64,000 nt of DNA from the NCBI GenBank assembly GCA_963771495.1, contig CAVYTR010000002.1:751363-815362 (forward strand), read 5' to 3'. The position numbers were made by a program, and so were the translations under genes. Numbering within the stretch: the first letter of the stretch is position 1; the number at the start of each line of letters is the position of its first letter. This DNA is from an uncultured Acidobacteriaceae bacterium (GTDB lineage Bacteria > Acidobacteriota > Terriglobia > Bryobacterales > Bryobacteraceae). Below, piece after piece: positions 40,519-48,982 of this stretch. A model generated the notes under the pieces. That model saw nothing but the letters and a program-made list of their open reading frames with translations, searched no databases and had not been told where the DNA came from.

Positions 40519-41967
40519 GTGTTTCAAACGGACCTGGCGAGCGCCCGCCGAGTCCTGCCTGCGTTCGGAAAGGACGAGTCCGCCGCTTATCAACTCAATG
40601 CAGATCAGGTGCTGCGGATCACAGTCGAGAACCGAAACGGGAAGGTTCAGATGCACGGCACAATTACTGATCTGGCGGCCCAGCTAAATCGGCGCGTGAT
40701 CGACGTGGAGGACGAAACCTTCATCGCCGCTGCTGACGATCTGGCCAAGCGCCTCGATGTTCAGTCCTCGCCCTTCTCGACGGCGAGTGACGCTGCGCTG
40801 CAGGCTTTCAGCAAATCGCTCGATGCTCCGGATGTGAAGACCAGAATGGCATCTGTCACGGCTGCCATTGCTGCTGATCCTCGTTTCGGCCTCGCGCATG
40901 TTGCACGGCTCGAGATTGCGGCTGCGAGCGGTACCGCCGATCCTGCGCCTTTCATCGCGGAAGGAACAAGAGATCGTGCCGGGTTTAGGCCAGTGGACCG
41001 CGCGCGCTTCGATGCGCTGGTGAGCCGCCTGACGCATGCGCCGTTAGCAGATCAAGAGAAGACCACGGCCGATGTTCTGCGCTATTTGCCTAACGACGCC
41101 GATTCGAACGCGATGCTCGGGTCACTGCAATTCCTCAGCGGCGATCTGACGGGAGGAACCCGGTCACTGACTAAGGCGGTGGAACTGAATCCCGGCAATG
41201 TTGCTTTTCGCAGACAGCTGGCGATTGGATTGATCGAGTCGAAGAAGTTCAGCGAAGCGGAGAAGATCCTGGGTCCGCTCGCGAAGACGAACCAGAATCT
41301 TTTGCCCGAACTGGCAATCACGATTCTGCTGAACGGAGATGCGGCCCGGGCGAACCGCACGTTCGAACAATTTCTGGCGCTGCGGCCGCCGAACGACCCG
41401 CTCGCGACGTTGCTGCGCGGCACCTGGCTAGCGCTCGGCGGACAACTGAACGGAGCGATCGCAGTGCTGCAGACGATGAATGCCACCGATCCGAACGTAC
41501 GCGCGGCGCTGTTGAGCCAAGTTGCGATCTGGCAACTTGCGACGGGCAGCCGAGAGGAAGCGAAAAAATCGGTTGCGCAGGCTGCGGCAGCCACCCGGCA
41601 ATCCCCGACGGTACTTTTTGTTGCGTTGCTTGCCGGAGCAGATCAGGACCCGGCAACGTGGCGCAAGCTGGTGGAGGCATCGCCCCTCGGAGCAAACCTG
41701 GCCTCGAGACAGGCCGTGCTCGGGTACGGTTTCTTTCTGGCGAAGCACTACCCGGAAGCGGCCGAGGTATGGCAGAAGGTGGTGACGGAGTCCGGCGGAA
41801 CGGATTTGAGGTCTCGCGCGATGCTGGCCGCTTCGTTGGATCGGGCGGGGCGGGCAGCCGATGCGAAGAAGGTTCTGGTCGAGCCTTTCGTTCCGGAGTT
41901 CAACGATCTGTACGCGGCGGTCTCGTTCGGCGAAATGCGGCGGTTGCTCGGGTTACAGGTGCATTGA
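40519..41967 (+). CDS. TPR-like repeat protein; the true N-terminus is probably upstream
   Basis: The first canonical start is GTG at 40519. The same frame is open from 40297 and encodes a lipoprotein-like signal (RSVTLYALTITLLVLASSCSK) with no ATG/GTG/TTG in frame. Confidence 0.6.
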   Translation: MFQTDLASARRVLPAFGKDESAAYQLNADQVLRITVENRNGKVQMHGTITDLAAQLNRRVIDVEDETFIAAADDLAKRLDVQSSPFSTASDAALQAFSKSLDAPDVKTRMASVTAAIAADPRFGLAHVARLEIAAASGTADPAPFIAEGTRDRAGFRPVDRARFDALVSRLTHAPLADQEKTTADVLRYLPNDADSNAMLGSLQFLSGDLTGGTRSLTKAVELNPGNVAFRRQLAIGLIESKKFSEAEKILGPLAKTNQNLLPELAITILLNGDAARANRTFEQFLALRPPNDPLATLLRGTWLALGGQLNGAIAVLQTMNATDPNVRAALLSQVAIWQLATGSREEAKKSVAQAAAATRQSPTVLFVALLAGADQDPATWRKLVEASPLGANLASRQAVLGYGFFLAKHYPEAAEVWQKVVTESGGTDLRSRAMLAASLDRAGRAADAKKVLVEPFVPEFNDLYAAVSFGEMRRLLGLQVH

Positions 41968-42435
41968 GCCCTTGGTGTCGGGCGGGACAATGCGATTGTC
42001 TTTCTTCTCCCAGGGTTTCGGCTGATCGCCGGTGTCGCGATGGAAGACACGATCGTACATGTGCTTCGGCGTGGTTGTACCGAGTGAGGTGTTGTAGAGG
42101 TTCGTGAGATCGAGCGCGGCTTTGACGTCGTCTTCGAACTCGTGCAGAGCGCGCAGTTGCTCGGCCATGGCGGGGATGCGCTTGCCGCTCGGGGTTTCGA
42201 GAAACATCTGATAGCCGCAGTTGAGCAGGGTCGCAATTTCGGAGCCTAGCAAGATACCGGCCTTCTCGATCTCGGGTTGGCCTGCGCCTTCATCGCCGAT
42301 GACTGCCCCCACGCCATGCTTGATGATTCTGGTCCGGCTGTCGGGCAGCTTCTGTTCGGCAAACCCGGCTTTGCGGAGAAGGTCGAGACGTTCGGCAAAG
42401 GTGAGCTTCTTCGGGCGGTCACGACGAAAGAACAT
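41953..42435 (-). CDS. Hypothetical protein
   Basis: ORF 41953..42489. The ATG at 42435 (MFFRRDRPKKLTFAERLDLLRKAGF...) is the more plausible start. No recognised domain. Confidence 0.5.
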   Translation of the reverse strand: MFFRRDRPKKLTFAERLDLLRKAGFAEQKLPDSRTRIIKHGVGAVIGDEGAGQPEIEKAGILLGSEIATLLNCGYQMFLETPSGKRIPAMAEQLRALHEFEDDVKAALDLTNLYNTSLGTTTPKHMYDRVFHRDTGDQPKPWEKKDNRIVPPDTKGSMHL

Positions 42436-42458
42436 GCCTTTAGTATAGAAGCGAGAAC

Positions 42459-43322
42459 ATGTTAGAACCGAAGATCCCGATAGCCGCAATCACTGATGAG
42501 TTTTCTCCTTCGCTCGCCGAAGCGATTCCGGTGATGAAAGAGATCGGCATGACGGCGGCGGAACTGCGGGTGGTTGACGGCAAGAACATTCTGGACCTGA
42601 CCGATGACGAACTGGAGAGGGCCAAGGACCAACTGGACGAAGCCGGGCTGCCGGTGATTTCGATCGCGTCGCCGCTGCTGAAATGCGTTGTTCCGAACGG
42701 CCCGGATCTGGACAGGCGATTCGAGCACGATGTCTTTGCCTCGAAGCACACGTTTGAGGATCAGCCGCGGCTGACCGAGCAGGCATTTCGGGTGGCGAAG
42801 TTCTTCGGAGCGCGTATTGTACGTGTCTTTTCGTATTGGAGAACAGTGAAACCGGAGCTGTGCGCGGATGCTGTAGTGCAGGCTCTGAGCCAGTTGGGTA
42901 AGCTCGGCGAGCGGGAAGACGTGATCATCGGCCTGGAAAACGAGCACGCGTGCAATGTGGGGACGGCGGCTGAGACGATGCGCATATTGGATTTCATTCC
43001 GAACCCGAACGTGATGGTAGTTTGGGATCCGGCAAACGCGATGGCGGCGGGTGAGATTGCGTTTCCTGGAGGATACTCTGTACTCGCCAAAAACAGGGTG
43101 GTGCACGTACACGCCAAAGATTTGCACATGGAAGGCGAGAAGCCGGTGTGGGGGCCTTTGGGTACACGGAAAGTGCCCTGGAAGGAGCAGATTGCCGCGC
43201 TGCTCGAGGACGGGTACAAGGGTTACATCAGTCTGGAGACTCACTGGCCGGGTCCCAATGGAGACAAGCTGGAAGCCAGCCGCATCTGCGGTTGGAACCT
43301 GCGGGGCCTGGCGGCGCTGTAA
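42459..43322 (+). CDS. Sugar phosphate isomerase/epimerase (xylose isomerase-like TIM barrel)
   Basis: 287 aa. ...IGLENEH...VVWDPANA...VHAKD...ISLETHW metal-ligand pattern typical of AP endonuclease 2/xylose-isomerase-like TIM barrels. Confidence 0.75.
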   Translation: MLEPKIPIAAITDEFSPSLAEAIPVMKEIGMTAAELRVVDGKNILDLTDDELERAKDQLDEAGLPVISIASPLLKCVVPNGPDLDRRFEHDVFASKHTFEDQPRLTEQAFRVAKFFGARIVRVFSYWRTVKPELCADAVVQALSQLGKLGEREDVIIGLENEHACNVGTAAETMRILDFIPNPNVMVVWDPANAMAAGEIAFPGGYSVLAKNRVVHVHAKDLHMEGEKPVWGPLGTRKVPWKEQIAALLEDGYKGYISLETHWPGPNGDKLEASRICGWNLRGLAAL

Positions 43323-43335
43323 ATCTGGCACGCGG

Positions 43336-44382
43336 CTAGCTGGACCTTCTCTCGGTCGCGGCCGGCGCGCTGCTCGGGGAAGCGGATTCATCACCGAGGC
43401 GGCGGCCTGGTATCAGGTAATTCACGACGTAATCGCGGACTGCGTCCGCAAGCGGCGTCATCGGCTGATTGAATCCGGCGGCGCGGAGCTTTGAGATGTC
43501 GGCGCAAGTGAAGTACTGATACTTGTCCTGCAAAGTTTCGGGCATCTCGATGTATTTCACCTTGGGCGGTTGGCCGAGCGAATTGAAGATAGCAGTGGCC
43601 AAGGACAGCCAGGTGTTAGCTTCGCCAGAACCGATGTTGAAGAGACCGCCGCCGTTGACGTGCTCGGCCAGGAAGATGGTCGCCGCGACGGCGTCTTTCA
43701 CATAGAGGAAATCGCGGCGTTGCTCGCCATGCTGGAATTCGGCGCGGTAGCTCTTAAAAAGCGAGACCTGGGCGGTTTCGAGGATCTGGTAAAAGGACTT
43801 GTGAACGACGCTGCGCATGTCGCCCTTGTGGTACTCGTTCGGACCGAAGATGTTGAAGTATTTGAGTCCGGTGATGTCGTCGAGGATGCCGGCACGCTCG
43901 GCATAGCAATCAAACAGGTGTTTCGAGTAGCCGTACATATTGAGCGGCCGGAGATTGCGGAGCGGAATCGTTTCCGAGACCCGCTCTTCAAGACAGCCAT
44001 AGGTGGCTGCAGAGGAGGCGTATACGAAACGAACTCCTTCGGTGAGAGCGAAAGTAGCCAGCGCTTTGGTGAATTCGAAGTTGTTCTGAATAAGGTAGGC
44101 GGCATCCGTCTCGGTGGTAGCCGAGCAGGCCCCAAGATGAAAGATGGTTTGTATATCGCTAAACTGGCCACTCGAGACCTCGAGACGCAGGAGAAGACTA
44201 TCGCCTTCTATGTAGTCAGCGAATTCGAGCGGGACGAGATTTTTCCACTTGTCGTCCTGGCCGAGCATGTCGGCGACCAAGATATTCTTCAGACCGCGGC
44301 GGTTGAGTTCCCAAATCAGCGCGCTGCCGATGAATCCCGCTCCGCCCGTCACCAGGATACGTCCTTTAGCAAGATCGATCAT
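43336..44382 (-). CDS. hldD: ADP-L-glycero-D-manno-heptose 6-epimerase
   Basis: ILVTGGAGFIGS...FHLGACS.TTE...YASSAATYG...YGYSKHLFD...FNIFGPNE.HKG...RDFLYV is collinear with E. coli HldD/RfaD by eye. Confidence 0.9.
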   Translation of the reverse strand: MIDLAKGRILVTGGAGFIGSALIWELNRRGLKNILVADMLGQDDKWKNLVPLEFADYIEGDSLLLRLEVSSGQFSDIQTIFHLGACSATTETDAAYLIQNNFEFTKALATFALTEGVRFVYASSAATYGCLEERVSETIPLRNLRPLNMYGYSKHLFDCYAERAGILDDITGLKYFNIFGPNEYHKGDMRSVVHKSFYQILETAQVSLFKSYRAEFQHGEQRRDFLYVKDAVAATIFLAEHVNGGGLFNIGSGEANTWLSLATAIFNSLGQPPKVKYIEMPETLQDKYQYFTCADISKLRAAGFNQPMTPLADAVRDYVVNYLIPGRRLGDESASPSSAPAATERRSS

Positions 44383-46286
44383 TTTTGGCGGCCCCGGCTC
44401 ACGATGAGCAACGGTACGTTTACTTGATGGCGGACGGCGTTAATTGTTGTCCCGAAAATTAAGTCTTTGAGTCCCCGGTGGCCATGGGAGGCCATGACGA
44501 GCAGGTCGGGGCGGATCTCGCGGACGGCAGAAACGATTTCCCGAGTAGGGTTTCCGTGCCGGACGAGCACGTCGACATCCAAGTGCTGGTCGTGGAGGGA
44601 GCCGACGATGTTGTCGAGGTAGGTCTGTCCTTCGGCGATCTCGGCGGTGGAGGACTGCGCGCCAAAGAGTTGGCTGGTGACTCCTTCCTCGACGTGTAGA
44701 AGGATGATGGAAGCGCCGTGCAGGCGGGCAAGCGCGAGGGCGTTACCGAGGGCTTCCTGATCGGCGTCGCTGTGGTCGAGAGGAACAAGGATTCGGGTAT
44801 AAGCGCGGGAAGGGAACAGCGGCGCTGCTTCTTCGGGCACAGTGACCGCGACCCTTCCTGCTGCCCGGGGACGTTGGCGAAGGAAAGGCCAGAAGCTAAT
44901 GAGCCCAAGCAGGGCGCACAAGGCAAGCGAGCTGAGAACGGAGAGCCCGAGGACGAGTGGCCGCCATTCTCCGCTGGCCCGAATCCAGTCGCCGAGCTGG
45001 TTCCAGACGAGCCAAATATTCAGGGCGAGGATGAAGAAGGCGCAGGACCAGGACGCGATCTTGAGCCAGCGGCCGTTCGAAAAGGAACCCATGAGGCGGC
45101 GATCACTGGTGAGGTGGATGAGCGGTATGACGGCGAAGGGCAGCTGAAGGCTGAGAATGACCTGGCTGAGAATGATGAGCCGGGTGGTAGCGGAATCGCC
45201 GGCGATATAGATGGTGGCGGCAGCCGGAGCCACGGCGAGCATGCGCGTGACGCCGCGCCGGAGCCAGGGCCGCATGCGGAGCTGCAGGAAACCCTCCATG
45301 ACGATTTGTCCGGCCATGGTTCCCGTAAGAGTGGAGGATTGCCCGGAGCAGAGAAGGGCAAGACCGAACACGAGGCTGGCGATACCGGTGCCGAGCAGGG
45401 GGGCCAGCAGTTGATAGGCCTTGCCGATGTCTGTGACAGTTACACCGCGGGTAAAGAAGACAGCGGCTGCCATGACGAGGATCGCGGCATTGACGAAGAG
45501 CGCGCCATTCAGCGCGACCGCAGAATCGATGAAGTTGAAGCGGCAAGCTCGACGCTTCTCGTCCGGAGTTTCGCCGATGCGGCGGGTCTGTACGAGGGCC
45601 GAATGGAGATACAGGTTATGCGGCATCACGGTTGCGCCGAGTATGCCAACAGCTACGTAGAGGCTTTGACTGTTGACGCGAGGGAGCAGGCCGGTGAGAA
45701 GGGTGGGCACATCTGGCCGCGCAAAAAATATCTCGATCGCGAAACAGGCGGCGATGGTGGCGATGAGGGCGAGCACGAAGGCTTCGATGACGCGGATGCC
45801 AAGGCGAGTGAACCAGAGGACGAGCAGGGTATCGGCGGCGGTAAGGAGAACGCCGATGAGCAAAGGCAAGTGAAAAAGAAGGTTGAGACCGATAGCGGCT
45901 CCGAGAACCTCGGCGAGGTCACAGGCAACGATGGCGAGTTCGCAGAAGATCCAAAGGACAAAGGAAACGGCGCGCGGGTACTCATCGCGGCAGGCTTGGG
46001 CGAGATCGCGGCGGGTAACGATTCCGAGCCGGGAACTGAGGGTCTGAAGGAGCAGGGCCATGACGCTCGAGAGGACCAGGACCCAGAGAAGGCGGTAGCC
46101 GAAGCGAGCGCCTCCTTCGAGGTCGGTGGCCCAATTGCCGGGGTCCATGTAGCCGACACTGACCAGGTAGGCGGGACCTGCAAAGGAGAACAGGCGCCGC
46201 CAGAACGTGTCGTGAGCGGTGGTGACGGTCCCGTGGACTTCGGGCAGGGAGAACCCGCGCGAGTCGGCAAGATCGTCCTTCAGCAT
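44379..46286 (-). CDS. mntH: Nramp-family divalent metal transporter fused to a C-terminal universal stress protein (Usp) domain
   Basis: N-terminal GPAYLVSVGYMDPGNWATDLEGGARFGY and about 11 TM helices. C-terminal ILVPLDHSDADQEAL...IILLHVEE...LLVMASHGHRGLKDLIFGTTINAVRHQVNVPLLIV is Usp-like. Confidence 0.85.
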   Translation of the reverse strand: MLKDDLADSRGFSLPEVHGTVTTAHDTFWRRLFSFAGPAYLVSVGYMDPGNWATDLEGGARFGYRLLWVLVLSSVMALLLQTLSSRLGIVTRRDLAQACRDEYPRAVSFVLWIFCELAIVACDLAEVLGAAIGLNLLFHLPLLIGVLLTAADTLLVLWFTRLGIRVIEAFVLALIATIAACFAIEIFFARPDVPTLLTGLLPRVNSQSLYVAVGILGATVMPHNLYLHSALVQTRRIGETPDEKRRACRFNFIDSAVALNGALFVNAAILVMAAAVFFTRGVTVTDIGKAYQLLAPLLGTGIASLVFGLALLCSGQSSTLTGTMAGQIVMEGFLQLRMRPWLRRGVTRMLAVAPAAATIYIAGDSATTRLIILSQVILSLQLPFAVIPLIHLTSDRRLMGSFSNGRWLKIASWSCAFFILALNIWLVWNQLGDWIRASGEWRPLVLGLSVLSSLALCALLGLISFWPFLRQRPRAAGRVAVTVPEEAAPLFPSRAYTRILVPLDHSDADQEALGNALALARLHGASIILLHVEEGVTSQLFGAQSSTAEIAEGQTYLDNIVGSLHDQHLDVDVLVRHGNPTREIVSAVREIRPDLLVMASHGHRGLKDLIFGTTINAVRHQVNVPLLIVSRGRQK

Positions 46287-46339
46287 GACCTGACTCTAGT
46301 ATGGCGTGGCTCAGACGCCACAGTGGAAGACGGCAACTG

Positions 46340-47056
46340 CTAGGGAGTGTTTCGTTTAAGCTCGACAGATTGGATGTGACTGGAGCGGGACTTGCGCAGG
46401 CAGGGGATGGCCATGGCGATGAGTCCGGCCCCTATCAGGCCGGCGATGGCGGGTTCCGGTGTGTTCGTAGCAAGGATGACGTTATCGAGATCGAGCGAAA
46501 TGGATGCGGGATTGTTGTTATTGAGCCCACTGAAGGCGAGATCAATCCAGAGGCCGGTTACTTCGCTGAAAGCTCCGCAGGAACCGGGGGCGGGACTGCA
46601 AGAAAGAGTGGTGATCGGGACTGAGAGGGTCTGCCAGACTGAGAGCGGGGAAGCGAACGTACTGGAAGTCCACGCAAAAGCGCCGGTATGGGTATCGTAA
46701 CCAGTTAGATAGGCCGTCAGGTTGTAACTGCTGATATTCACGAGATCGGAGACGCGAACATCGAGCGAGAGAACAGAAGCGGGAGTGGCGCCGGCTAGCG
46801 AGATAGCGGTGGAGGCTTGTGCGGTACCGGAGTTCGTGCCGCCTGAAAAGAAGTTATCGGAAAGACTGTAATAGCCACCCGGATTTCCATTGGACGATTG
46901 CCAAGCCGGGGTGGCTGGCGCGCCGGATCTGGAACCGCCCCAACCTTGCAGGTCGTTGTCGAAGGTGAACGAGAAGATATTCGCCGCGTGACCGATGGAG
47001 GATACGGCCAAAAAAAGAGCGAGAAGAGTTTTTTGCATAATTTTGTGAACGAGCAC
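46340..47056 (-). CDS. PEP-CTERM sorting domain-containing secreted protein
   Basis: Signal peptide (LLALFLAVSSIGHA). C-terminal TPEPAIAGLIGAGLIAMAIPCLRKSR. Confidence 0.8.
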   Translation of the reverse strand: MLVHKIMQKTLLALFLAVSSIGHAANIFSFTFDNDLQGWGGSRSGAPATPAWQSSNGNPGGYYSLSDNFFSGGTNSGTAQASTAISLAGATPASVLSLDVRVSDLVNISSYNLTAYLTGYDTHTGAFAWTSSTFASPLSVWQTLSVPITTLSCSPAPGSCGAFSEVTGLWIDLAFSGLNNNNPASISLDLDNVILATNTPEPAIAGLIGAGLIAMAIPCLRKSRSSHIQSVELKRNTP

Positions 47057-47106
47057 CTAGGGCGCAGGTGTTTACTACTTTCCAACGGAAGTCAGTTATT
47101 TTGCTT

Positions 47107-47859
47107 CTAAGTTTTGTCCTGTTTTCCGGCCATAAAAGCGCTATTACTGGGGGGAGATTCAAGAATTTGGTGAAAAAGTGAGCCAGTGCGCAGGATACAA
47201 CTTGCATTTAGCACGACGACAGAGTTGCGGCTGCGGCTTGGGGGTGCCTCGGGACGAGGATGGTGGCGATTCGGGGGCACGGATGCGGCGGTTTGGACTC
47301 CGGCGAGTTTCGTTTTCAGAAGTTCAAGACGGATTTCATGCAGTTCGCTGCGGCGTTTTTCGGCCGCAGCAGCAGCGATAGAGCGATTTTGCGATTCGAA
47401 GCCAATTTCTTCGATCACCTGGCTGGTCTGCAGTTTGCGGCGTTCGTTTTGCAGTTTCTTCAGTTCGGCAAGGCACTTGTGGAAGGCGCGCTCGTTGGTG
47501 GTCTGGTATCGGATGTAGAGGGCCAGGCGGTCGGGCCGGTGGCAGTCGCCTGTTTGGGAGTCGAAACAGTTTTCCTGAAGCCGAAAGGCACGCTGGAGCA
47601 GCCACTGGTGGCGCACTATGTTGTCAACGAGAACCGTCTCTGTGGGCCCTTGCGGGGCATGTTCGCAGAGCATGCGCGTCTGGAGGCGAGAAAAGGCGTC
47701 CTCGTCTTCCCAGTCGAGCACGGCGAAATCGCCGGTGAGGCCGTGGCGGAAGTTGTTGCGCGCGGCGGTGGATTTCCCTTCGCCGGTTCGCGGGCCGGTC
47801 GAGTGCTGTGCGTTTTCTGTGTTGGCCGCGATTTGGGCAGCGGTCGAGGTGATTTTCAT
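47107..47859 (-). CDS. Hypothetical protein (N-terminal ...ENAQHSTGPRTGEGKSTAARNNFRHGL motif)
   Basis: Intact 250-aa ORF with GAGGA 3 nt upstream of the ATG. No recognised domain. Confidence 0.55.
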   Translation of the reverse strand: MKITSTAAQIAANTENAQHSTGPRTGEGKSTAARNNFRHGLTGDFAVLDWEDEDAFSRLQTRMLCEHAPQGPTETVLVDNIVRHQWLLQRAFRLQENCFDSQTGDCHRPDRLALYIRYQTTNERAFHKCLAELKKLQNERRKLQTSQVIEEIGFESQNRSIAAAAAEKRRSELHEIRLELLKTKLAGVQTAASVPPNRHHPRPEAPPSRSRNSVVVLNASCILRTGSLFHQILESPPSNSAFMAGKQDKT

Positions 47860-47877
47860 TGGTCCTCAGGAAAGAGA

Positions 47878-47914
47878 AAAGCCGGAGCGAGCATGTTTGG
47901 GCTCGTCCGGCTTT
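47878..47914 (-). terminator. Rho-independent-type terminator on the minus strand, 21 nt upstream of the 47859 start codon
   Basis: On the minus strand: GCCGGACGAGC-ccaaacat-GCTCGCTCCGGC (11 bp, one bulge), followed by TTTTCTCTTT. Confidence 0.55.
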
Positions 47915-48457
47915 CCGGGTTAGTTGTTGTGCGACAGGAGCGCAAGAGCTCCTTAGTTCTAGTGTAGGGGAGCGAACCAAATGATTCGGTGTAAGTGGAT
48001 GAAGGGAATGGAGATGAAGGTTGTGATCGTATGGGCCACGGACGGGCGCAAGCGGACTATGAGAAGCGGGAGTGAGAGGGCGGTATAGGGTAGCGGTAAG
48101 GATTCCTTCTAGAAACCCATTGATGTGCTGCTGAGTGCCGTATAGAGTCACTACACCAAATGTAAAAAATCGTACGCTAAGCCCAAACTGACGAGATCGG
48201 CCCTTTCCAGGGCCTATCCTCACAGAACAGAAGGTAGTGTCAAGCGTTTTGTGTAAACGCGTCTCGTTATTTTGACTGAGTTAAAGTTTGAATTTCAGTT
48301 TTCGCTTGCCCATACGTTTTGATGGATGTTCAAAGCCAGGGGGGATGCACAAGGGGGCCGCGCCCTCTTGTGGGGGGAGCCGCGTAATTTTGCGGCGTGG
48401 GGGGAACCCGCCCGCCCCGGCTTTTCCCTTAGGAAACGGGAAAGGGGATTGCAAGTC

Positions 48458-48980
48458 CTAGCTGCCGCAGGCTCGTTTTCGTTCGCTCCTTTCCGCTGCC
48501 GGGATTCCGAACACCAACGCATTTTCGACTCGCTCCAGAAAGCCGCCATCAAGCAGCATGCGCATCTGCCGGGTTGCCTTGGCCGGCATCATTCACACAC
48601 TAGCCAACGCCGCTTCCCATTCGATCACCGCGTTCACTCGAGCTATCGCTTTGTTGGACTCGGCAGTAACCATTCACGGCGTCACTCTTTCCACTCTGAT
48701 TTGCCGCGCGGAGCCAGATCGCTATACACGCTACCGAAAACTCACGTATCATCACGAGGTCCAGCAAAGTCCTTCACGAGCTACAATCGCTTTGTCAAGC
48801 GAAACAGAAGCGGGCTCTGCTGGGAAGCAACCATGCTGAGGGATAACTTGGCGAACTCATCGGGCGGAATCTACACTAGTGGGTGCCAGTCCCTTCTCGA
48901 GGTCAAGCTTATGCAGGTAAGGCAGGTACTTCCAACAGATGCCCTGATTCGAAATGATCGCGAGACCAATATCAAAACGG
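48458..48980 (-). mobile_element. Probable IS21-family debris (istB Walker-A-region fragment; possible istA 3' remnant upstream)
   Basis: Minus-strand translation 48592->48458 reads MMPAKATRQMRMLLDGGFLERVENALVFGIPAAERSERKRA. This resembles IstB ...F-I-E-R-x-E-N-v-l-l-G-x-P-G-x-G-K-S... with a destroyed P-loop. 48970->48860 gives a protein-like IGLAIISNQGICWKYLPYLHKLDLEKGLAPTS, then stops appear in all frames. Confidence 0.35.
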
Positions 48981-48982
48981 AA

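Noticed and set aside
46287-46339. A possible Mn riboswitch or regulatory leader upstream of mntH.
   Set aside because: Only 53 nt separate mntH from the upstream PEP-CTERM gene stop. The single hairpin (TGGCGT-ggctcag-ACGCCA) is more simply a weak terminator for the upstream gene. The region is too short for a yybP-ykoY element.
44718-46343. A 541-aa ORF on the plus strand, and several other ORFs of 100-300 aa (e.g. 42462..43394 -, 43570..44427 +, 1435..2073 -, 30217..30858 -).
   Set aside because: They lie antisense to genes with strong family motifs (mntH, the sugar isomerase, hldD, the helicase, hrpB). Their translations are Arg/Gly/Pro/Glu-rich and low in complexity. These are typical shadow ORFs of GC-rich DNA.
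47929-48420. GTGCGACAGG... at 47929, resembling a group II intron 5' end, with a GAGCCGCG...GCGGCGU hairpin downstream as a possible domain V.
   Set aside because: There is no reverse-transcriptase ORF. The hairpin has a 5-bp stem with an 8-nt loop, not the ~14-bp bulged domain V with a GNRA loop. No domain VI or 3' splice-site features were identifiable.
48326-48982. The N-terminal ~220 aa of the 395-aa plus-strand ORF 48326..49513.
   Set aside because: The translation is Arg/His/Ser-rich and not protein-like. It overlaps IS21-like debris on the other strand. A good signal peptide begins only at GTG 48983, so only the distal part is called as a (frameshifted) PEP-CTERM gene.
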